This document shows, in pieces, positions 13,018 to 24,600 of a stretch of DNA of 39,153 bases; positions within the stretch are counted from its first letter, which is position 1; every line of letters begins with the position of its first letter. The notes beneath the pieces are model-generated. The model saw nothing but the letters and a program-made list of their open reading frames with translations. It did not search any database and was not told where the DNA came from. The position numbers and the translations under genes are program-made. Origin of the DNA: Chlorokybus atmophyticus (Eukaryota; Plantae; Mesostigma and Chlorokybus algae); the NCBI GenBank assembly GCA_009103225.1, contig RHPI01002699.1, positions 58,110 through 97,262 of the forward strand, read 5' to 3'.

Positions 13018-16000
13018 ATGTGGGTGCGTGTGGGGGCGCTGGTGTTCGCCGCCGCCGCCGCTGCCCTCGCATCCCGCCGGCGAGCAGCTGCAGAACGCAA
13101 GCACAGGGAGCAGGAGGAGCAGGAGCGGGAGGAGCAGGAGGAGAAGGAGAAGGAGCAGAGGGAGAGGGAGGAGAAGGACAGAGAGTGGGAGAGGGAGAAG
13201 GATGAGGAGAGGGTGAAGCAGGAGGAAGAGGAGGAGAAGAACAGGCTTTATCAGTACCTTTCTTCTTTGCTTCCTCCGCCTCTGTCTCCTCCTGGTCCTC
13301 CCCGTTTGCCTCCTCAGGTGCGTGGTGTGTGCATAGTGCCTTTACACCACTGAGCATGCCCATGAATATGTATGATATGCAGCATGATGATGTTGTTGCT
13401 GATGATGATCATCACCATCATCTGGACATGCATCGAGCCTGTTTCTGCATTTTCCGTACAACCAGGCCTTGCGCTGCAAGTCAATGACCCACACCACCTG
13501 AACTAACTGAACTGAACTGATCTGAAGTGAACTGAACTGAACTACCGAAAAAGAGCTGATGGATACTGTGCTCCTCTGTGTGATTGTGTCATTCTCTCAC
13601 TGTGATTGTGTGCACGTGTATGTGTGTCTGCCTGCCTCTCTGGCAGACAACCGACACAAAACCAACTTCCCCACCTGTTCCACCCCCTATCCCGCAACCC
13701 CTCACCCCTCCTTACACTCTCCTCCCTCCCTCTCCTTCTCCACCTCCTCGCCATCCTTCTCCCCCTCCTCTTCATCCTGCTTCTCCACCACCCCGCCCAC
13801 AACCTTCTCCTCCTCTTCATCTTTCTTCTCCTCCTCCTCTTCCATCCCTTCCTTTTTCTCCTCTTCCATCTCTCCCATCTCTTCCTCCTCTCCTCCCGCC
13901 CGAACAACAGCTCTCATTCCTCCAACGGGACCCCAAACCTCATCACAACAACAACAATCACAGTAACAACCACCACACCCCACCACAACAACAACTACAA
14001 CAATCACCACCACAGTTGCGGTTCTTCAACGATGAGCAGGAAGTGTCTGGGCCGTTCTCACCTCCACCCGAGCCTGAAACTAGCTCGAGTTTGCAGCCAA
14101 AGCAGTTGACTTTTGATGCAAGGTGTGATGAGATTAGTAGTATTGGTTTGCTCTGTGTGTTGTTGTGTGAGCATGTGTTGAACAACAGCATGTTTGCAGT
14201 AACCACTGTTTGGACAACAACGAGAATTTCTCGCCCGATGGTCGCTTTTTGGTGTACGACACGCGGCCGGACGACGCGCACATTGCCAATTGCACAACCA
14301 TAGAGCAAGTTGAGATCGCCACGCAGAAGGTACATGGCGATGGTGTGTGTCCTTCTGGTTTACAATACACAACATGCTCTCACACACGCGCATGCACTTA
14401 CGCAGGCACGCACGCATGCATGCAGGCACGCACGCACACACACGCGCACACATACACAGAGGCACACGCAGACAGACATTTACGCACACACACACACATA
14501 CACACATACACACACTCACAGCTTCTTCTCTCATTCTGCAGATTACCATCCTGTACAGAGCTCCCAACCCCGTCCCCGACGCCGGCCCCGGTGTCGGTGC
14601 CGTATCTTACCACCCGATAGACAACAAGGTACACTGATCTTATCTCTCTCTCTCTCTCTTCATCTCTGTCTCATCAACTGACTGTCACTGCCTGCGCAGA
14701 TTGTGTTCATACACGGCCCGAACGTCACGGGCCGAGGAGGCACGCGATACAAGTATGCGAAGACGCACCGCTTCGGGATGCTCATGTCAACAGGTGGGGT
14801 GTGGGTGTGGGTGTGTGGATGTGATACACCAGTGTAGTGATTAACATTCAACAACAGAGACTCCCGGGGTTGCGGCCAACATCGATGCGCGGGACGTGGT
14901 GCCGCCGTTCACGCCAGGCGCGCACCGCGGGGGCACGCACCGCCACGAGTTTGACGGCTCCTCGCAGGTGAGAGTAGGTCGGGTGTTGTGCAAGAGCATA
15001 CGCACGCAGGCGCACATACACACGCACACGCACGTGTGCTTGTGTATGCGCGTGTGCGTGCGCATACATGTGCGCGCGGGCACGCGTGCGCACATGCAGT
15101 CACAAGCACGCACGCATGCTCGTCCCAACACGCACGCGCACCCACATTTACAAGAGTGGGTTTGTCCTCCTGTGCAGTGGATCGGTTGGACGTACAACGA
15201 CGCGTACATGGCGACGCTGGGGCAGGACCTGCGCACCATCGGCGTGACCAAACTAGGACAGCAGGTGCGCGTGCCCGACGGACCGGGAAACAGAAGCGGA
15301 CTAGGCTTCTCAGGTATGCACGCATTGGCATGCACACGCGCTGTATGCTCTACCATATGCGAGTTGTGTATGCGCACAAGCACTCTTACACAAGCGCACA
15401 GAAAGCCCACTCAGATGCGCGCGCGTGCGTGCAGTCGCGCGCACGCACAGATACGCATGCACACACACGCACACAACACCTGTATCACCCTCACAACACG
15501 CATCATCTGCCGCAGCCATCGTTGTCAAAGTGGTGCCCAACCCCGCCCCCGGCTCCGACGAGATCAGGCAAGCAACTGGAACCCCATCCCCCACTCTCTC
15601 TCCTCCTCCCCCTCCCCCTCTCACCCTCTTTGTGTCCCCCCCCCCCCCCCNNNNNNNNNNNNNNNNNNNNNNNNNNNNNNNNNNNNNNNNNNNNNNNNNN
15701 NNNNNNNNNNNNNNNNNNNNNNNNNNNNNNNNNNNNNNNNNNNNNNNNNNNNNNNNNNNNNNNNNNNNNNNNNNNNNNNNNNNNNNNNNNNNNNNNNNNN
15801 NNNCCCCCCCCCCCCCTAAAACAGCGAGGCCACCGACGACAGCTGGGTCGGTTTCAACGGCTACATCGTTGGCGACGCCGACGGCTCCCACTTCCGTCGC
15901 CAGCGCGCCCGCGCCTTCATCGGGTCCACTCGCTCGTCCTCTGGAGACGTGTTGAGGGAGGTGTTCATCGTGGATATCCCAGACGATATCACCAGACCGA

Positions 16001-17487
16001 GCTCGTTGAACGGGCCGATGCAGGGGACCATGGAGGGGATGCCGGGGACGCCGATGGGGTGCAGACAGAGGAGGATCAGCTTCACGGAGGTGGGAGGGGA
16101 TGCAGTGTGTGTGTGTGTGGGGGCGTGTGCGTGTGTGAACGATGCGATGTACCAGTGCTCATGCATAGGGCACACAGTCCACATGCTCATGCACCTGACC
16201 ACAGTGTGCGTGTCAGTGTGTGCGTGCGTGCACGTGCGCATGCGAGTGTATCAAATGCGATGCGGTGTGTAGGTAGGCATACGCCTATGCATTTTCGTAG
16301 CATTGTGAATGTGCGTATGCATGCACGTACTTAGTCTGCGGCTCGTGGACCATTGGGGTGCATAAATGTACGCGTCTGCATTTCTTTTGCAGTTGTTTGT
16401 TCAACCATGATGTGTCTAACCAAGCTGCCTGTTCCCTACGGTTGTGCAGCACAAACCATTCCCGGGGTGCAGAGGGATTGTCCGGTCGCACCCCAAAGGC
16501 CACTGGGTCTCATTCCTGGCAAGGTGTGTATGTGTGTACGTACCTGTACAGTCAATCCCATGCAGCATGAATGCATGTGTGTGCTCGTGTGCGCAACCTC
16601 GAGCAAGCCTGAAGCGTGTGCATGCTCTGATTCGAGCGCGTGCGCAGATCCGACGATGATGGGACCTGGCAGGTGTTTCTGGTCCGGCCTCAGCCCGGCA
16701 TGTGGACACCCCACCAGTTGTCTCATGTACCAGGCACGTCCTTGCTTTGTCATGTTGTGAAGGCTCAATTCATGCCCCGTTACCTGCGCTCATGTTGCCT
16801 TGCATCACAGGTGGACTGCTTCATGCACCAAGGTGGCTCCCATCAGGGAAAGCAGTTATAGCCATAGACACAGAGGCAAGCTTTGTTTTTCATCACGCAC
16901 ACATGCATGTGCGCGCGCGCACACATATGCACACACAGATACACACACACACACATATAGTGCATTGCATTGTAAATACACACTGGCATGCACGAGTGCA
17001 CATACCCTGTTCTGTACACACGCACACACACCAACTTACGCGCGCGTGCACTCACGTCCACGCACAAGTGCACGAATGCCCTGTACACGGCAGCTGTACA
17101 CGCGTGCGCGCACACACTGTCATACATACACACACTTATGTCCCCCTGTCTCTCCCTATCCAGCACCGCCTCGTCTCCATCTGCGCCGTCCGTTCCAGCC
17201 CCCGCTACGGTCTCCACTCCCCCCTCACTCCCTCCTCTCCTTCCTCCTCCCCCCCCTACGCCCACGTCATCTCCCGCGACGGCTCCATGATCGCCTACAA
17301 CAAGGACGTGGCGGGAGTGGACGGCGTGAGGAGGAGGCAGATATACATCGTGCCGTATGACGAAGGGGAGGACGGGTTGCCGAACAACAGTGTTGGTGCG
17401 GAGGAGGAGGGGGAGTATGTGCATAGGGAGGAGAGTCAGAGTGGGATTGGGTTTAGTCCCTCTGTGTCTGAGTTTGAGTTTAGTTGA
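13018..17487 (+). CDS. yidR: YidR/DUF3748-like (TolB-like beta-propeller) protein with N-terminal hydrophobic anchor, E/K/R-rich segment and Pro-rich linker; 13 exons, about 732 aa
   Basis: Exons 13018-13317, 13647-14122, 14200-14329, 14542-14628, 14700-14793, 14858-14967, 15178-15313, 15516-15567, 15825-16089, 16450-16523, 16648-16733, 16811-16875, 17164-17487 join in frame (2199 nt). The spliced product is collinear with bacterial YidR as I recall it: KQLTFDASNHCLDNNENFSPDGRFLVYDTRP; VFIHGP; DARDVVPPFTPGAHRGGTHRH; WTYNDAYM...DLRTIGV; PNPAPGSDEISEATDDSWVG; EVFIVDIP; RQRRISFT; WQVFLV..QLSH; ISRDGSMIAY. The start codon is uncertain because the frame is open back to 12910 and an upstream exon is possible. 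Confidence 0.85.
13505..13544 (+). repeat. (AACTG)n pentamer tandem repeat in intron 1 of the YidR-like gene
   Basis: AACTG AACTG AACTG ATCTG AAGTG AACTG AACTG AACTA. Confidence 0.8.
15651..15803. other. Assembly gap (Ns) between poly-C runs, inside an intron of the YidR-like gene
   Basis: N run flanked by C homopolymers. The exons on either side join in frame without needing the gap sequence. Confidence 0.95.
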
Positions 17488-19093
17488 GGGAGGGGTGGGG
17501 TGGGGTGTTGTATCACTGTTGTGGGTGTGTGGTGTTGTTGTGTTTGGGGGGTTGTGGGGTTGTGGGTGGGGGTGGGGGGGTGAGTTTGCACTCGATGAGA
17601 ACTTCGAGGATGATGATGGCGAGGGCGAGGATGACGGGGAGGAGGAGGAAGAAGAGGATGATCAGCTGGATGGGGGTGAGACCCATTGCCTGGCCGCAAT
17701 AGTCCACTTCTGCCTCTTCTTGTTCTTGTTGAGCTGCGTGTTGTTGGTCTTCTTGTTGTTGGTGGTCTTGTTGTTGGTCTTGTGGACTCGAACTCTGCAT
17801 GCATGCACGATTATTCTCGCACAAGTTCTGAACAAAAGGTTGGGAGGGCGACCGAGTGCCTCAACCTTTGCTTGTGTGTGTGCCATGCGTACAAAGATGC
17901 ATACGCTCAGGCGCAGTTGTGAACGCAGCTCCGGTACTGCTGCATGCATGCATGAACACCATCTCACAACTTGGCTCAGCAACATTGAAGCAGCATTAGC
18001 GCAGACTGCTACAAGGCTGGGTTATGAGCGTTATATAGCAGCGCTATATAGTCGCACAGAATGGGATGCAATTGCAAGACCAAAAAAATAAGAGCACACG
18101 CAAGCATGAGTGAAGACCATCGCACGTTACCTCCTGCATCTGCCCGTTTTGCTGTGGACTAACTTGCCTCATGGCTGCTGCCCTCAACCTTCCCTCCCTC
18201 TCTTCCTTTCTCTCCTTTTCTCAGAATTGAACCCCCCAGGCCTAGCAGCTCAAGCCCCTACCCATGCATGGCAAAGCGTTTCCCTGTACAAGCGTTTCCC
18301 ACTTTTGACTATGATTTCATTCCTTGAAATCAATGTCAGTCAGTGAGTGAGAAAGCGATGGATAGATAGGTAGATATCCGCGTGCAGTCCATCATGTACA
18401 TCGCCTTCATTGATATCCGCGCGACTTCGCTGATATGATTGATTTTTCTCGGCTCGGCTGAGCTGACACACGAAATCTGTCTGCTGAGGTGGCCGTTAGC
18501 AAGGATCAGGCGGAGGACGAGGCGGCGGAGGAGGAGGAGAGGGGTGAGGCGGGTGGTGGGTGGCGACGGAGGCGAGGGTGCTGCAGCTGTCGGTGGGAGT
18601 AAGGGCGCCGTCGCCGCCGGTGTTGGCATCCGGTATCTGTAGGTGTGCATGTTGGCAGCTGGTTGTTACAACACACTCAATCATTCACTCTTCTACGCAT
18701 GGTGACAGCGCACTTTGCAATGCCACGTACGCTTCTGTGCTGTTGGACTTGGCACTACCAAAGACTCCTTCCCTGTACACGCATGTGCACGCTTGTTTTG
18801 GTCACGTCTCATGCGAGGCGCAGAGAGAGAAAAACTACCTTGGATGAATTGCCATGTGTGGTCTGGTTACTTTTGTTTGCCATGCGGTGGATACACTGAA
18901 ATCAAATCACACGTTCTGCATCTGTGTGTTTGTGTTTGTCAACACATACACAAGCACATCTCTTCAAACACTACACCCACACATCTACCATACCAGGTCA
19001 CACTCGCACCCAACCCGCCCGTCAACCAGAAGAGGCTATCACCATTCGCATCATCACCCTTCTTACCGTCACCGCCGTCTCCTCTCCCTCACC

Positions 19094-21201
19094 ATGGACG
19101 CCGGCCACCTCGCCGACGCGGTCCACAACAACCTGGACGCCTTCAAGGACAACATCCAGGACGCCATCAAGGAGAACATCCACAACCCCGCGATCGGATG
19201 CGCGTACGCCGCGCTGCAGGCGGGGCAACTGCCGTCGATGCAGTGCGTGGCGGATGTGGTGAAGTCGGTGAAACTGAGCTACTTCAGCCCCACGGTAGGA
19301 TGATGATCACACACATGCATGCAGAGGTGCATGTACACGCAGAAGCATAGCCACACACACCAACACATACCCATGGTATGCACACTTGCGCGCGCACAAG
19401 TACGCGCGCGCGCAGTGCAAATACTCGCATACGCACTTGCACACACGCACATGAGCTCATGCACGCACATCAACGCGCTTGTGCGTGCACACACACACAC
19501 ACACACACACACTCATTATCCTGTATCCTCCTGTCCCAGTCCTGGACCTGGTTCGGCCTCCGCTGCGCCTACTCCGCCCTGACCAAGGGTCGCCTCCCCG
19601 ACCCGGACTGCCTCAGCCTCGTCATCAGCCGGCTGCTGGGATACGCGCTCGTCGCGGGGGGAGCGCTGGTCAAACTGCCGCAGGTGGGGATGATGCGTGC
19701 GTGTATGGGTATCAGGTTGTTTCGACGCATCACCTTACAACGCGTCCATATCGTCTTGTGCATGTGTCCCACTCATACACATGGTGGATCATGTGGGTAT
19801 GTGGGTGTGCGGGACACATGCACACATATGTTTGTTTCACACAACCCACATAATTCAACATGTGTCCACATTTGTCCCCACACACCCACACGCACACCCC
19901 TTGCAGATTTGGGCTGTTCTGAGCGCCAAATCGGCCGACGGCCTCGCGGTGGAGTCGTACGAGGCGGAGACGCTCGGTTACGCCATCGCCCTGTGCTACG
20001 CGCTCAGACAGCCAATACCGTTCTCGGCGTACGGGGAGCTCGCGTTCCTACTCGCAGAGAGTAAGCACGTGCATGCATGGGTGTATCAGCAACTCTCTGT
20101 GCGCGTACATTTGTATTGAGAGCGTGTTGTGGGTGCGTGCGTGTGTACTGAGCATATGTAAACCACTGTGTGTGTGATACACAACAGATAGCTACTTGGT
20201 GGCCCTGCTGTACAAGTTCAGCAAGTCCAAGCTGCCAACCACCACGCCGCTCAAAGTGACAGGGTATCGCCAGAATCACATGCGTTTACGGTTGCACAGC
20301 GGTGCATATGACACCTTGTTGTATTGAGCGAGTAGCATATGTGCTCATAACCACAACTTCTCTCGTACAGGTTGGTAGCGTTCCTCGGGGCGGCTCTCAC
20401 GGGGGCGCTGCCCAACAAGTACCTCAACCCACTCTACGTGAGTCATGCATACAGCAAGCACATTAAGTTTGTTGCTTCTGGCCTCCAGGGCGTAGCACAG
20501 AGTTTTCTAGTTCTTTTTCATTCGAGTAACTCTTGTTTTACTTGCAGCACATGTCCCACTTCATCTTTTTCTACGCCCGCATTCCTCAGATCCTCCTCAA
20601 CTTCAGGGTGAGTGCCAGTATGGGGGTACAGTTACCGTCTTGGTGGGGATGTTGTGTCAACCGAGTACGTTGTTTTATTTAATGACAATGTTGTGTCGCA
20701 GACCAAGGCCACAGGGCAGCTGAGCTTCGCCTCAACTCTTCTCATGACTGCTGGCGGATGCGGTATGTACTAACTTGTATACCACAAGAGAAGTCGTGCC
20801 GTTGTTATCGATACTTTGTTGTTGTTCAGCAGCATGTTGTGTTGGAGATTGTATCTTTTGGATGTATGTGGTTGTGTATTGACTATGTAATGGCATCTTC
20901 GCAGCCCGCATCTTCACAACAATCAGAGAAGGCGGCTCCAGAAGCAGTAAGTAGCAGTGGGTCTGCTATTATGCCATCATCATTGTCGTTGTTATCGTTG
21001 CTGATGATGATATTGTTGTTGTGGTTGTTGTTATGGGTGGTGTTGGTGTTGGTGTTGGTGTTGATGGTGATGGTTTGCCTGGTTGGCTATGCAGTGTTGT
21101 TTGGTGCGACGGTGGGCTCCCTGCTGAACCTCATCCTGCTGCTGCAAATCCTGGCGTACGCCCCCAAGCGCACCGTGCCAAAGTCGAAGAAGACCGCTTA
21201 G
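19094..21201 (+). CDS. MPDU1: Mannose-P-dolichol utilization defect 1 homolog (PQ-loop protein), 9 exons, about 303 aa
   Basis: Exons 19094-19294, 19540-19683, 19907-20060, 20188-20263, 20371-20437, 20548-20607, 20702-20762, 20905-20946, 21095-21201, all GT-AG and in frame (912 nt). Two PQ loops (LVKLPQIWAVLSAKSADGL; ARIPQILLNFRTKATGQLSF), the motif PFSAYGELAFL, ARIFTTIRE, and a C-terminal KKTA (KKxx ER-retrieval signal). Confidence 0.92.
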
Positions 21202-21569
21202 AGAGATGATTAGTTGGGTGCATTTGTCTTTCTTTCGATTTGTTGCATACGCTTACCCTTCATAGATAGACGCTAGGAGCCAGAACTGCATTTGGTGTAG
21301 TCTGTTCGTTTATGTTTGTGTGGAAAGTGCATGGGCGCATATGCACAGAGGCTCGCATGCGCTCGCACACGACCACGTACACGCGGGCAGGCACACATGC
21401 TCACTTGCATTTGCATGTGACGTTTGATTGCGAGCGCACACGCACAGACTAGGCGGACCAGAAAATGGCCCAAATAAACAATGATTCAATCAACCAAGGG
21501 ACAATAGCATCTGAAGCACTATCCCTAACGAACTCAGCCTACCAACAGAAACTGCCAAAAAAAAGTCAC

Positions 21570-21594
21570 AACTCAACTCAACTCAACTCAACTC
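21570..21594 (+). repeat. (AACTC)5 pentamer repeat between the convergent MPDU1 and PIEZO stop codons
   Basis: Five exact AACTC units. Confidence 0.8.
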
Positions 21595-21635
21595 ATTTCA
21601 CAAAACAATAGGTCGCTTTAAACACACTCCTTCCG

Positions 21636-24600
21636 TCACTCCTCTCTTCTGGCCCAGTGCATGAGGCTCGCCGGATCCCTGTACACGTGCACGAGCATGG
21701 CGTACAGGCTCTCCTCCAGGGCCAGCTCGCCCTCCGCGCGGGCCGCGTATATATCCTCGCACAGGGACAGCAACCTGTGAGGGTGCAGTGTGAGTATGGT
21801 GGGGTGGGGGTGTGGTGGGGGTGAGGATGGGGGAAGAGTGTGTGGGTTACCGTTCGGGGTTTGGGAGGGCCTCGTAGGGGAGGCGAAGGACCATGCCACC
21901 GCCGTAGGTAGCGCGTAACAGGCGGCCGATAGCCAGCACGAAGCCTGTGTGCATGTGCGGGTGCGTGGGTGGGTGCGCAAGTGCATAGGTGTGGGTGCGA
22001 GAGCACACATTATGCATTCCCTCTTGCATCTTTTGTACATACGCACACACGTGCGCGCGCGTGTGACTTGACTAATGAAAGGAGACATGCAAGCATAACA
22101 GTGCATACCCACATGTGCTTACCGAGGTAAAGCCCGGTAAGTCCGATTGCACCCACAGCCGACCCAAACACGCCCTCTGCATACATGGGTACACAGCATG
22201 AGGAACATCACAGTGTTTCTCATACAATGAGAAGTTTTCTCATTCTCTCCTCTCTTACGTGGAACTTTTTCTGAGACGGCCACGATGCGCGCCCCGCCCG
22301 TCTCCTCGCACGTCCCGGCGAGGGGGCCGTCGGACACGTGGTTGAACTCCCAGTAGCTGAGGTGATTGGAGGGGTCGGAGCGGAGGGACAGAGTGCCGGA
22401 CTCGTACAACTGCAAGCGTGCGTGTGCGAGCGTGTGCGGAAGTGCCGGACAGTGCATAAGTATGTGCATTTGTGGTAAGCAAGCCCACATGCATACATAC
22501 ACACTTGCAGATGCACAGACTCACACACGTGTGCGCGCACGCACGCAGCCACACACGAACACGCTACACATACGTGCAAATACGCTTGCGTGTGTGTGCA
22601 TGTGCGTATATACGCATGTGCGTGCGCGAGTACAGAAGCGTACGTGTCAAACTCACCATCTCTGTCCCCGGCATAACTCTCGGTTCCCCCGTCCCCCTCA
22701 AATTCACCACCGCCGGATACACCCCTCCAAAACTCGCATTCTCCCTTCTCCCCTCCATCACCTCTCCCAACACCCTCACCCCACCCACCCCACCCACCCC
22801 ACTCACCCCCATATTGGTCACCATCTCCACCACCTGATTCGTTACCGGGTTCTCCCTCGTAAACACCCACTTAGCTACAAGATACGACGAGGGTGAGTAC
22901 AACAGTAGTGAGGTCAACTCTGCTCTTGAAGGTGAGGGGAGGTCCCAACTCGAGTCTGATGTTGGGTATAGACAGAGTGACTGGACTTGAGAGGGGGAGT
23001 AGCCTTGCAGGGAGAGAGAGATGGTGTGGGATGTTGGGTGATAGTTGGAGGTGATGGAGCGACGCATGCCGGATTGGTAGATGGGGAAGGCGCCGGAGGG
23101 GGTCTGAGCCGTGATGGAGAAGGAGACGGAGGTGACGGGGTTGGGCTGGTTTGCGGGGTAGCTGCTGCTGAACCTGGTGGGTGGGTGGGGGTGTGGGTGC
23201 GGGTGTGCATGTGCTGAGCAATGTGTTGTGTTGCTCCGGGTTGCGAGTGAAGAACATTATCTTCCACCACAACACAACAAGAGCTTACAAGAACATGGGG
23301 AGCCATATGATAGCCACCAGCGCCACAAACAGCCCCGCTCCCTTTCCCACCTGCGCAAGACCCACAACAACAACATCATCAACCACACCCCCACACCCAC
23401 CCACCTCCACCAACACCACCCACCTTCTCTCCCCTGGTGCGTCTCTGTCCCAACTCTCTCCTTTCTGCGTTGTCGGCGCGGTTGCGTGCGGCCCACAGAC
23501 CCGCGCGGATGTCCTCGAGACGGAGCCAGTCGAGCAGGGAGAGGGAGGTGGGGATGCAGCACCAGTCGAGGAGAGAGCGTAACTGGGGGAGAGAGAGGTG
23601 TGTGGGGTGGGGGGGTGACTGGGTGTACTGGGGTCACAGGCACACTCTATGCGTGCGCGTGCGCGTGTGCGTGAGAGTGTCACCTCTGAGAGGAAAGGCA
23701 GGGCTCTGTAGATGGTGTAACCAGTCCTCCGTGTCTTGCTATCCCCGCGAAGGAGGTACTGCCCTCCCACCGCTCGGTAGCTTGGATACCTATTGTCACA
23801 CACGCACACGCACACGCAGAGATATCATCGCTGGTTGCCCAACACCTCAAACAAGAAAACTCTCACCCTCCTTACCTGTATCGTATCTGCAACGCCGCGA
23901 GTGCCCACCCCACGCACTTGATCATATAGAACACAACCATGAGTCCCCTCGCCTCTCTCTTACTCTCATCATGGTACCACCCCATCAACAACCCACTAAT
24001 CCCCACAAACGTCGCCACATGCACCCCAACTTTGGCCCTGACGTTGGCCGTCAGATACAACACTCTATCCACCGTTATGAGCAGAAACAACCCGAGCAGG
24101 ATGACCACATATGAAGTCGGGAACTGAGACTGAGTGAGTGACTCGGAGAAGGAGCCTCTGTGTTGGAATGAAGATTGGTAGAACAACACAACTGTGAAGA
24201 AAGCGAGGGATTCTATGCCGGCGGAAGCAGCGTAGAAGTCGGGGGCGGGAGGGTGAGCGCATGACTCGGCGGTGAGGTTGGCCCAACCTTTGTGTTGCAG
24301 TGTGTGGGAGTGAAGTAAAGATGCGGCGTCTTGAGCAGGTGTGATGGAGGTTGTGTTGGACTTGTCTTTGAGGACTACTTCCAGCACGGTGGAGATGACG
24401 TGTGGATCCGCTGCATGAACAGCAGCACTGGCAAGGAGAAAGGTGAGTGTGTCTGTGTCGTGCTTGTGCGTGTGTTGCGGAGGATTACAAGTTGATACAA
24501 GCACACACACACGGACTCAGGCACACACGCGCATGCACACACTCGCAAGCGCATCCTAGCACGCATGCTTTTGTGTACGGTGGCAGTTCATGAGTATACG

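Noticed and set aside
12985-14109. Alternative-frame and antisense ORFs over the E-rich and P-rich exons
   Set aside because: Shadow frames of low-complexity coding sequence.
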